Virus record (IMG/VR): IMGVR_UViG_2890318599_000001
Span: 655-64,654 of that record
DNA from: a virus
Lineage: Duplodnaviria > Caudoviricetes
Direction: 5' to 3' (one strand)
DNA: 64,000 bases
Every line of letters begins with the position of its first letter. The stretch's first letter is position 1. Below are positions 56,523-64,000 of the stretch, piece by piece. Below the pieces are notes generated by a model. The model was not told where the DNA came from and made no database searches. It saw only the letters and a program-made list of their open reading frames with translations. The position numbers and the translations under genes were made by a program.

Positions 56523-57262
56523 ACCCTGTTGCTTTCAAGGTCAATATCTGCAGGATCTAAACCTTCGGTTTCGTCGCTTTCGTCATCGGTACCTGTGTCA
56601 CTATTCTCTCCTTCCGTTTCCTTAATCTGGTCTAAAATGGTACGTTGCTTAATATGCTTACCTTTTTCTTTGTGAGATAATTCTTCATCTTCTGAATCAG
56701 GAAGCGTATATTTCCCTTCTTTGTATAGAGAAACTTCTTCACGGATAAGGTTTATTAATGCTCTTAACTCGTTGTGCCACTGATAAGATGATAACTCATC
56801 AAAAGGAATACGAGGGGTTGAGAAACCTGTTCTACCGCCGGTACAGCTAATATGTTTACTTCCAGTTATAACGACCGTTTCATTTTCTTCAGCTCCTACA
56901 ATCTTTATACTGGTAACGTGGTAAAGCGAGGTTAATTCGTGGATGTGAAACTTATCGATGTCATCAATTTCGGTGTTGCTATGCTTGAATACATCATCAA
57001 TACATGCGAAGTGGACATGTAGCTTTCCAAAGGCCTCCCCCAAATCGTTTTTATAAAGGCCGGCTCCTTTTACGTTGGGGTGCTGGTCACCTAAGCCAAC
57101 ACCTTCGGTCACTTCGAATCCATAATTACAGAATCCATCATTGATGCTGGCCGATACAATTTTGTAAGGACGTTTTGTTTCTTTCAATCCTAAAGCTTCC
57201 GCTACCGATGCAACTACTTTTGAATTATTGCCTAAAGTGACGGTTAGTTTTTTTCTACTCAT
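56519..57262 (-). CDS. Hypothetical protein with acidic C-terminal tail
   Basis: 247 aa, overlaps the helicase start. Confidence 0.7.
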   Translation of the reverse strand: MSRKKLTVTLGNNSKVVASVAEALGLKETKRPYKIVSASINDGFCNYGFEVTEGVGLGDQHPNVKGAGLYKNDLGEAFGKLHVHFACIDDVFKHSNTEIDDIDKFHIHELTSLYHVTSIKIVGAEENETVVITGSKHISCTGGRTGFSTPRIPFDELSSYQWHNELRALINLIREEVSLYKEGKYTLPDSEDEELSHKEKGKHIKQRTILDQIKETEGENSDTGTDDESDETEGLDPADIDLESNRV

Positions 57263-57295
57263 TTTGTTTTAATTTATTGTTTGAAAAATAGCTTG

Positions 57296-57402
57296 CGGGC
57301 GATATCGGGTTCGAACCAACATTGACTAATAAAGGACCTGTCATATTACCGTTGATTTACTTCGCGTGTCTCGGCCAACATAACCACCTATCCAAGGCAC
57401 CC
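57296..57402 (-). ncRNA. tRNA-like intergenic element (T-arm plus short acceptor helix)
   Basis: TGTTGG-TTCGAAC-CCGATA T-arm; 5' GGGTG pairs with 3' CGCCC; no clear D or anticodon arm. Confidence 0.3.
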
Positions 57403-57651
57403 ATATAAGCCCGCCCATGCATAGCGGGCTCATTTCAGTTTGTGTGATGAAATCCTGTTTTATCCTTGCAGGTAAAGACTTAAACTATTTCATTCTGCAA
57501 TGTTTTGTTGAGATTCCCTTCTTCAGTTTCGCCCAACCTTATCGTTTGCGACATCAGGAACCTTTAATGGTTGGTTCATTCAAAAATTAAATTCCTTAAA
57601 CCCTTACACCATAGAAATAGTCAGGGTAAACACTCACTCATATACAGCTTC

Positions 57652-58086
57652 TTAATAATCAAATGTTGTCTGTTCATTGGGATTTGGAATGTTTATTCCC
57701 AACATGTTGGCTGCAAAAAATTGAATCCTTTCTACGTAAACCATAAAATTAACCGTTGTCATTTCTGTTGTAGAACCAGGTACTTTTATAGTGTGCCCGT
57801 TGTCCAATTCCACTTCCTTCAGATTAAATTCCTTCTTTAAAAATTCATGTACTTCTTCTTTTAGCAGGTTATGGCCTAAGTCATTAATGCCCTGTTGTAT
57901 TAATGGGACACATACACCCCAGTAATAAGCATTTTGTACAGTACTACGGTTTCTTCTCTTTATTTCGACAGTGAGCTTTACGTCCTTGCCCTTATTCTTG
58001 AATAACCAATCAGTTAATTGAATCCTTAGCGGAATATTCAACCTGCCGTCATTTAATACATGTCCGTTCAATTCTAACTTTTCCAT
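57652..58086 (-). CDS. NinB/Orf-like recombination mediator
   Basis: RSTVQNAYYW, VHEFLK, STTEMT...F..YVERI, GINIP. Confidence 0.7.
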   Translation of the reverse strand: MEKLELNGHVLNDGRLNIPLRIQLTDWLFKNKGKDVKLTVEIKRRNRSTVQNAYYWGVCVPLIQQGINDLGHNLLKEEVHEFLKKEFNLKEVELDNGHTIKVPGSTTEMTTVNFMVYVERIQFFAANMLGINIPNPNEQTTFDY

Positions 58087-58838
58087 TAATAACCTTGAAG
58101 CAGCATTTCACATATATTGTTCGTATCCGGATTGAAATCAGCCTTGAAATACATCCAATGAATAAAATCCAGATGCTCACTTGCTGGTTGCCCCCTGTAT
58201 TTTCCAAAGTTTATCAGTATATCTCCGGCATCATTGCTAGTAAACTTCCCGGATATGTCTAGTATTGGGCTATCATAATTGCTTATCAGCGCCAATTCGG
58301 AAACATCACTGGGCAAATCTTCATACCGATCCAATTGAGATGCCAGCACTTCAGCGGTAGCAACGGTGTCCGCCTCCGCACCGTGCGCACCTTCCAAGTC
58401 TTTATTACAATAGAATTTATAAGCAGCGGTAAGTGTACGCTGTTCCTTTATCTTGAAAATATTTCCTACATCAACGAGGTATGATGCTTTGTAATTCCAT
58501 TCTATTCCCGCCCGTCTGAACTCATTGTAAAGAAGTGGGAAATCATATCTTAGGCTATTGAATCCTGCAAAGTCGCATTCAGATATAAAGTCAATTAGAC
58601 TCTTGGCAAGTAGTTTGAATGTCGGCTCGTTTGCAATATCATCATTAGTAATTCCATGAATTGCTGTTGCAGATTCAGGTATTGGTATAATTGGATTTAT
58701 CCTTCTGGTTTTTATTTCTCGTTCGCCATTGGGGTGTAATTTGACAAGCGATAATTCAACTATACGATCGACATCACAATCGATACCAGTACCTTCAATG
58801 TCTATGAAAACAATTGGTCTTTTAAGTTGTAGTTTCAT
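58086..58838 (-). CDS. DnaQ-like DEDDh 3'-5' exonuclease
   Basis: FIDIEGTG, IHGI, GFNSLRYD, AHGAEAD; C-terminal NFGKYRG. Confidence 0.88.
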   Translation of the reverse strand: MKLQLKRPIVFIDIEGTGIDCDVDRIVELSLVKLHPNGEREIKTRRINPIIPIPESATAIHGITNDDIANEPTFKLLAKSLIDFISECDFAGFNSLRYDFPLLYNEFRRAGIEWNYKASYLVDVGNIFKIKEQRTLTAAYKFYCNKDLEGAHGAEADTVATAEVLASQLDRYEDLPSDVSELALISNYDSPILDISGKFTSNDAGDILINFGKYRGQPASEHLDFIHWMYFKADFNPDTNNICEMLLQGY

Positions 58839-58839
58839 T

Positions 58840-59574
58840 TTAAATAGCTGATTTATTAAAATTTTCAATTACTATCCCGGCGTCTGCAATTGTCACCTTC
58901 TTTCCCGTGGCCGCAACTATCTTCTTCTCAAATTCCATTGCATTGCTATTGCTATCCGAAAGGTGTATCAATACTATATTGTTTACGGCACTTAAATCAT
59001 TGGCTAAAAGAAAATCCCTGCAGGTGTTGATGCTCATGTGAGAGTTGATAACCCTATCCCTTAAAAACTTCTTATCTGCTAACAATTTTTCATAAATGAT
59101 ATCCTCGCAATAATTAGCCTCAACTATTATATTGTTTAAGCCGGGGAACTTATAGTTACAATAAGTAGTGTCTGTCAAAAAACACACCAAACCACATTCC
59201 TCATGCCTGATTAAAAATCCAAGTGGTTCCGGAACATCATGGTGTATATCAAAGGCCAGTATTTCAAAATTTCCAACCTTTATTTTCTGGCCCTTTCTGA
59301 TATGAGTTATACCATGATGCTGCACATTCTTGGCCTCGGTGGTTCCTTTGCTGACAATCACTTTGATACCGGCATTTAAAGCGTCTGACAATGATTTCGA
59401 ATGGTCATTGTGGTTGTGGGTACAAAGAGCCGCAGTAACCTTTGATAAATCAAAACCTAAACCCTGCTTAATTTTGCTGAATGGAATACCCAGTTCAATT
59501 ACCAATGATTCTATGTCATTTTCAAGGATGTAACAATTCCCATTACTGCCGGTACCTAAAACTTTTAACCTCAT
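58840..59574 (-). CDS. Metallo-beta-lactamase fold hydrolase (YycJ-like nuclease)
   Basis: LGTGSNGN, THNHNDH, HD, TDT, EANY, HLS. Confidence 0.88.
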   Translation of the reverse strand: MRLKVLGTGSNGNCYILENDIESLVIELGIPFSKIKQGLGFDLSKVTAALCTHNHNDHSKSLSDALNAGIKVIVSKGTTEAKNVQHHGITHIRKGQKIKVGNFEILAFDIHHDVPEPLGFLIRHEECGLVCFLTDTTYCNYKFPGLNNIIVEANYCEDIIYEKLLADKKFLRDRVINSHMSINTCRDFLLANDLSAVNNIVLIHLSDSNSNAMEFEKKIVAATGKKVTIADAGIVIENFNKSAI

Positions 59575-60410
59575 ATTGGACAGGGATCTGAACCTTCACC
59601 ATCTTTAATTTCTTCTGCATCATCAAATGACATCGTTCCGGAATTGGCATTGTCATTTATATCGTTTTTTACGCTTTCAACCGCCGCATCATTATCAATG
59701 TCCTGATTCATTGCTCCAGCCATTTCTACCGATAAGAAACCATAATGGGATAAAAGATTACGCAAGACTGTCTTTGTAGCCATTTCATCAAAGTTTGATT
59801 TCCAAGGGCTGCTGGTTGAATTATAGGATTTGCTGTATCGCTTTGCATGTGCATCTACTTTATCCTTAGTCATGTATAAAGTCTTTGAAAACCCATTCAG
59901 CATCTCAATATGTGCGAAGTAGCCTATAACAGTTTCACTTTTCTTCTCACCTGTCAAATCAAATTCACCGGTGAGCTTATTCTTTGTTTTGAACTCACCT
60001 TCATATACCAAATCAGCATTAATGATTTTATACTGCCCGGTTCTCATTGCTAATTGGATATATCCTTTATAGCCCAATTGAAATGTAGGCTCCATGACTT
60101 TAATCCACTTCCCTTCAGCATCCTTTCCCTTTGTATTATTGAAACCAATCACATAAGCAAAGCCCAGGGATTTGTTGATCGGTAGTTTAAGTACAGCAGC
60201 TTTTAAGCATTCTTTTACTACGGCTCCGGCATCACATTGTTGAAGGCTTGAATCGCTACCATATAAATCGATTACGGATGCAATGAACATATCTGAATGT
60301 TCTTTCAATGCATTTTTGAATTGAACTGTTACGCTTTCGGCAGAAAGGACACTTTTTAATTTGTCTATGGATGACTTTTGTAATTGTTGGTTATTGTTAT
60401 CAGCTGACAT
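59571..60410 (-). CDS. recT: RecT-family single-strand annealing protein
   Basis: LGFAY, FQLGYKGYIQLAMRTGQY, W...FDEMATKTVLR. Confidence 0.9.
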   Translation of the reverse strand: MSADNNNQQLQKSSIDKLKSVLSAESVTVQFKNALKEHSDMFIASVIDLYGSDSSLQQCDAGAVVKECLKAAVLKLPINKSLGFAYVIGFNNTKGKDAEGKWIKVMEPTFQLGYKGYIQLAMRTGQYKIINADLVYEGEFKTKNKLTGEFDLTGEKKSETVIGYFAHIEMLNGFSKTLYMTKDKVDAHAKRYSKSYNSTSSPWKSNFDEMATKTVLRNLLSHYGFLSVEMAGAMNQDIDNDAAVESVKNDINDNANSGTMSFDDAEEIKDGEGSDPCPI

Positions 60411-60498
60411 AGCTATAAGATTTTAAATTTTTAAAGAGTTGTTTTTAATAACCGGCTGTATAAACAGCCAGTCTAAACCAATTCACCATGAAAAAAGG

Positions 60499-62586
60499 TT
60501 ATACTGCTTCCAGCATGCCAACCGATTCGGTTATGGTTAGCTTTTCATGAGCAGGTGAAACAATAAGATTGATTATTTGGGTAACAGTGTCGATAAGCTC
60601 CGTAACCGATTCTCGGCCATCTATGAACATCGGCGCATAGATGTTATAGTGCTTACTGAGCGTATTGATGATGTCCACACCGGCATTTATAATTGAAGCA
60701 GTATTTACCGCGCCGCCATGGATAGGCTTGCCATTTACGAGGCATTCACAATCCTCATCAATTTCACCGTTAATCTGTGTCCTAAACATTTTGAATGAAA
60801 CGTAGCTGAACATTTTGTTTACAATGTTTTCTACCTCATCCATCTGCTTTAAGCTGAACTGTAACATGTAAAATTCCTTTTTCTCCAGGTCAGCCACTTG
60901 CTGGGATAATATTTTTTCCTGAGCTTTCAGCTCTTCAATTCTGAGAAGGTTATTTTTGATAAGCACTTCGTTTTGTAGGTCCTTGCTTATTACCTCTAAG
61001 GATGCCCTGATTTCATTTTTACGGATAATCAATACGCTATTATCTACCGGCTTGAATTCAGCAAGTTCAGCGTCGATTTCATGTACCTTAGCCGTAAGGA
61101 TTTTGTACTCCTCGTTTTTATCAAGGGCTTCGTTCAACACTTCATCAGGAGATTGCCTGTCTTCTTTAGGCTTATTAAGATGGGCTTGTAATGTATTTTG
61201 ATTATTGGAAATTCGCAATTTGATATCGCTTACTTCTTTTTCCTTTTCAACAATATCTTTTTTGATAAGGGTTATTGCCTCATTGTATTCGGAAAGCTTA
61301 TCAGTTTCTGCTTTCAATTTATCCTTTTCTGCATCCGATTTTTCAACGAAAGAATCCAATGACTGTTTTTTTGTGATATTGAAAGTTTCAATAAGTTCCT
61401 GCTTCTTTATAGCGATATCACTTTCTTCATAGCCACGCTTACACGTCGGGCAACAGAATTCTTTCTCGTCGAAAGTGATGGTCTTACCATTTAACTCAAT
61501 CCACCTTGAACGATAATCAGCAATAGACTCATTTAATGATTTGATATCCTTGTTACAGGTGTCAATTTTGGCATTACCCGATTCAATCCGTTGGTTAAGA
61601 TATATAAGGTCTTTGTTTGCGTCATCTACGAGTTGGACATCTGTTTTAATTTCCTGTTCAAACTTCATCTTAGTTTCATCAGGGCTATTATATTTTGCTG
61701 AAATGCTTGTTTTTAAAGCATCGGATATTAATTGCGCCTGGCTGCTAAGGTTGTAACGTTCTTTCCTAAGTTCATCAATTTTTCTATCCTGCAAGCTGTT
61801 GGCTTCATTCTTGTTGTTTATGGCATTTTCAATACTGGATAATTCTTCATCCAGCTTTGCCTTTTCTGCTTTAAGCCTTTCAAAAGGATGTTGAAGGCTG
61901 TTATTGGCTCGTTGGACTTCATCAATGCGTGATGGAATCAATTCCAGTTCATCTTTGGCCTTTCTTCTTTCAGCCGCTATCTGTGTTTTAAACTCTTTGA
62001 ATGATTTCTTTTGCCCTAAGAATTCACCAATGAAAGAGTAATTCGGGTTTGAGGCAATCAATGCATTTGTATCAACACCACCGGCCATGTCAATTAATAC
62101 CGCTCGTCTTTCATTCCACTTTAGCGAATTGAAATAACCTGTATTGCTGAACAGCTTCAATTTATCTTCGGGTATGAATTGGGAAATCTTTAGCTGGTAT
62201 TCCTTCATGTTAACCGGTACGCCATTATAGAAATAAGTAGTTTCATTGCCTTTGAATTCATCCTCCAGTTGGCCTTTTGGTTTTTTCCATTTTTCGGAAT
62301 GAACCTTTTTAAGCGTTATTTCTTCACCATCCATTTCAAACACACCTTCAACGATATTGTCAAGCTTTTGGGAACGGTTACCGCTTTGGTCAATAGGTTT
62401 TATTTCAAAGTCTTTTTCGTCATTACTATTCTTGCCTGTCATTAACCAATGATAAGCGTCGGATATAGTAGTCTTGCCTGAACCGTTGGCACCAAACACG
62501 AAATTTTCTTTCTCATTGAATTGGATTGAAAAATCAGATATGCCTTTGAAATTTGTTATCCGGAGTGATTTAAGTATAAGTTTCAT
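60499..62586 (-). CDS. Rad50/SbcC-like AAA ATPase with coiled coil and CxxC hook
   Basis: NFKG, GANGSGKTT, CPTC in the coiled coil, PMFIDGRES. Confidence 0.88.
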   Translation of the reverse strand: MKLILKSLRITNFKGISDFSIQFNEKENFVFGANGSGKTTISDAYHWLMTGKNSNDEKDFEIKPIDQSGNRSQKLDNIVEGVFEMDGEEITLKKVHSEKWKKPKGQLEDEFKGNETTYFYNGVPVNMKEYQLKISQFIPEDKLKLFSNTGYFNSLKWNERRAVLIDMAGGVDTNALIASNPNYSFIGEFLGQKKSFKEFKTQIAAERRKAKDELELIPSRIDEVQRANNSLQHPFERLKAEKAKLDEELSSIENAINNKNEANSLQDRKIDELRKERYNLSSQAQLISDALKTSISAKYNSPDETKMKFEQEIKTDVQLVDDANKDLIYLNQRIESGNAKIDTCNKDIKSLNESIADYRSRWIELNGKTITFDEKEFCCPTCKRGYEESDIAIKKQELIETFNITKKQSLDSFVEKSDAEKDKLKAETDKLSEYNEAITLIKKDIVEKEKEVSDIKLRISNNQNTLQAHLNKPKEDRQSPDEVLNEALDKNEEYKILTAKVHEIDAELAEFKPVDNSVLIIRKNEIRASLEVISKDLQNEVLIKNNLLRIEELKAQEKILSQQVADLEKKEFYMLQFSLKQMDEVENIVNKMFSYVSFKMFRTQINGEIDEDCECLVNGKPIHGGAVNTASIINAGVDIINTLSKHYNIYAPMFIDGRESVTELIDTVTQIINLIVSPAHEKLTITESVGMLEAV

Positions 62587-62615
62587 GTGTATTGATTTTA
62601 TGCTGTGATTGGATT

Positions 62616-62828
62616 TTATACTACCTTTTGAAGAGTTGTTAGGGTTAGTGGCACACCGGTGATGTGTTTATATTGAATTCTTGCCAATGCAAGCAACTCA
62701 CTTGTACCAACAGGTGCCGTATCAGATTCTAATAATGTATTGAGCTCAGTTGCGTACTCCAAAAGCTGAGGAGCGTCCATTTCTCTTATTTGTTTTTCTT
62801 CGCTTACTGAATGAGGTATGAAATTCAT
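62616..62828 (-). CDS. Hypothetical protein
   Basis: 70-aa ORF. Confidence 0.55.
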   Translation of the reverse strand: MNFIPHSVSEEKQIREMDAPQLLEYATELNTLLESDTAPVGTSELLALARIQYKHITGVPLTLTTLQKVV

Positions 62829-62912
62829 TTGTGAAATAATTTATGGTTTTGAAAAGTTGGTTTTGAATAAGAAGGCCAGAGAATATCGCGATAGATGGTA
62901 TCAGGTAGGTTA

Positions 62913-63224
62913 TCATGTTAGCTTACTTTGCCTGAGTATATAATCACCGTATTCAACTCTTAGTTCCTGCAACCTTATTTCATCCTTACTTATGAAGGCA
63001 TCCATCATATCGATTTCGTGAACCAAATCTTTGAACCTTACACAGCTGTAATCTTTCGGCTGCAATACTTTCTCAGCGCAAAAGCGGAATGCCTCCAGAT
63101 GCTCCGATGTCTTGCATGCATAAAGCTGCTTGAACAGATAAGCAAATCTTCTATCCTGCATTAACCTTTTTGCGTTCCGGTTATAGAATATCCAATTGAT
63201 AAAGCGTTTGTAAAGACGTTTCAT
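62913..63224 (-). CDS. Hypothetical protein
   Basis: 103-aa ORF. Confidence 0.55.
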   Translation of the reverse strand: MKRLYKRFINWIFYNRNAKRLMQDRRFAYLFKQLYACKTSEHLEAFRFCAEKVLQPKDYSCVRFKDLVHEIDMMDAFISKDEIRLQELRVEYGDYILRQSKLT

Positions 63225-63296
63225 GACAAGAAATTTGAATGGTGAGTAATCGGAGTATCAGGAATAACCCCATGAGGAACTCTTCTGAACTGGCGC

Positions 63297-63476
63297 TAGC
63301 CGAGCGTTTCATGAATTACCTTCATAGAGGTAATCTCTGTATGGCATTTGTCCAGAAGCTTATCGGCATTATCAAGATCTAAAATCATTGATTCAGACCA
63401 TAGAAGCTGCAGCTGCTTTTGCGCTTTTTCAAGAAAAGCTTTTTGTTGTAGGAATTTTTCTTCGTTACTTTGCATG
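63297..63476 (-). CDS. 59-aa hypothetical protein (MQSNEEKFLQQK...)
   Basis: Read from sequence, just under the ORF-track cutoff. Confidence 0.45.
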
Positions 63477-63532
63477 ATTATAACTTTAGAGAGTGAATAA
63501 TTGCCTCCATTGCCGTGGGGGCTTTTTTTATT

Positions 63533-63787
63533 TTAAGAAATTGCTTTTTGATATAGTTTATCCCGTTGCTCATCGGATAGATACTGTTTCTTTATCCGTT
63601 TCCCCTTTCGGGGGGAAGAGGTAGAAACCTCTTCCTTTCTCTTTAATAAAAGTGTAGCACGGTTGGAATAGATACTTACCTGTTTCAGGCAAAATGATAT
63701 CTCTTCATCAGTATTTTTAAATGATGCTGCCATCTTGTTTATAAGTTTAAAAGCCCTACTTGTTGCCTTTCGGGCTTTATCATACAT
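63533..63787 (-). CDS. Basic hypothetical protein
   Basis: 84-aa ORF. Confidence 0.5.
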   Translation of the reverse strand: MYDKARKATSRAFKLINKMAASFKNTDEEISFCLKQVSIYSNRATLLLKRKEEVSTSSPRKGKRIKKQYLSDEQRDKLYQKAIS

Positions 63788-63811
63788 TTACAGTAACCAA
63801 ACCTTATTTGT

Positions 63812-64000
63812 ATGAGTAATTCTATTGTTTCTAAATTATCTGCATTCACATGTCCTGTTTGCAATGAGAAGCCTAATATATCTTTTGGCTCAGATGGGTC
63901 ATTAAAAATCGAAACATGCTGTGAGGCTTTTCAAAAGTTTATGGAGTCAAAAATTGATGACCTTCCTTTTCTTGATCAACCTGAATCAGAGACTATTTGA
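63812..64000 (+). CDS. Small Cys-containing hypothetical protein
   Basis: CPVC...TCC; divergent orientation. Confidence 0.55.
   Translation: MSNSIVSKLSAFTCPVCNEKPNISFGSDGSLKIETCCEAFQKFMESKIDDLPFLDQPESETI

Larger units (their letters stand above)
1..64000. mobile_element. Temperate tailed phage/prophage of a Bacteroidota host (partial, both ends outside window)
   Basis: Integrase, lysis, tail, capsid, portal, terminase, DnaB, RecT and methyltransferase genes in phage-like modules; no host housekeeping genes; TAnnTTTG promoter motifs. Confidence 0.95.

Noticed and set aside
3203-61756. Numerous opposite-strand and nested ORFs in the ORF track (e.g. 3203..3694, 22029..22502, 27863..28609, 54163..54753)
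   Set aside because: Shadow frames of well-supported genes, with no motifs of their own
1-64000. CRISPR array, diversity-generating retroelement or retron
   Set aside because: No regularly spaced repeats, no reverse transcriptase motif, and no template/variable repeat pair seen

Overview
The whole window is one temperate tailed (siphovirus-like) phage or prophage. TAnnTTTG promoters and the gene content point to a Bacteroidota host. Layout: (1) the 3' end of a tyrosine integrase; (2) an AT-rich accessory region (0.6-11 kb) with a umuDC-SRAP mutagenesis cassette, a HEPN / ChAD-like / SecB three-gene toxin-antitoxin-chaperone-like operon, a standalone HEPN gene, a LytTR gene and several tiny promoter-hairpin-terminator units; (3) on the minus strand, lysis, tail, head and packaging genes in a permuted order; (4) a ParB-like / Mom-like DNA modification module; (5) nin-like, replication, methylation and recombination genes. 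No att sites or repressor were recognised, and the element continues past both ends. Strongest candidate for an undescribed system: a Mom-family adenine-modification gene whose 3' end overlaps a non-canonical tRNA-Gly-like RNA (Gly identity elements kept, 8-nt anticodon loop, bulged T-stem). This RNA may be a dedicated glycyl donor for DNA modification rather than for translation. The mom copy also carries an in-frame UGA. Second candidate: the HEPN-based TAC-like operon, whose middle protein ends in an ssrA-like degron. All family calls come from reading motifs by eye, not from database searches.
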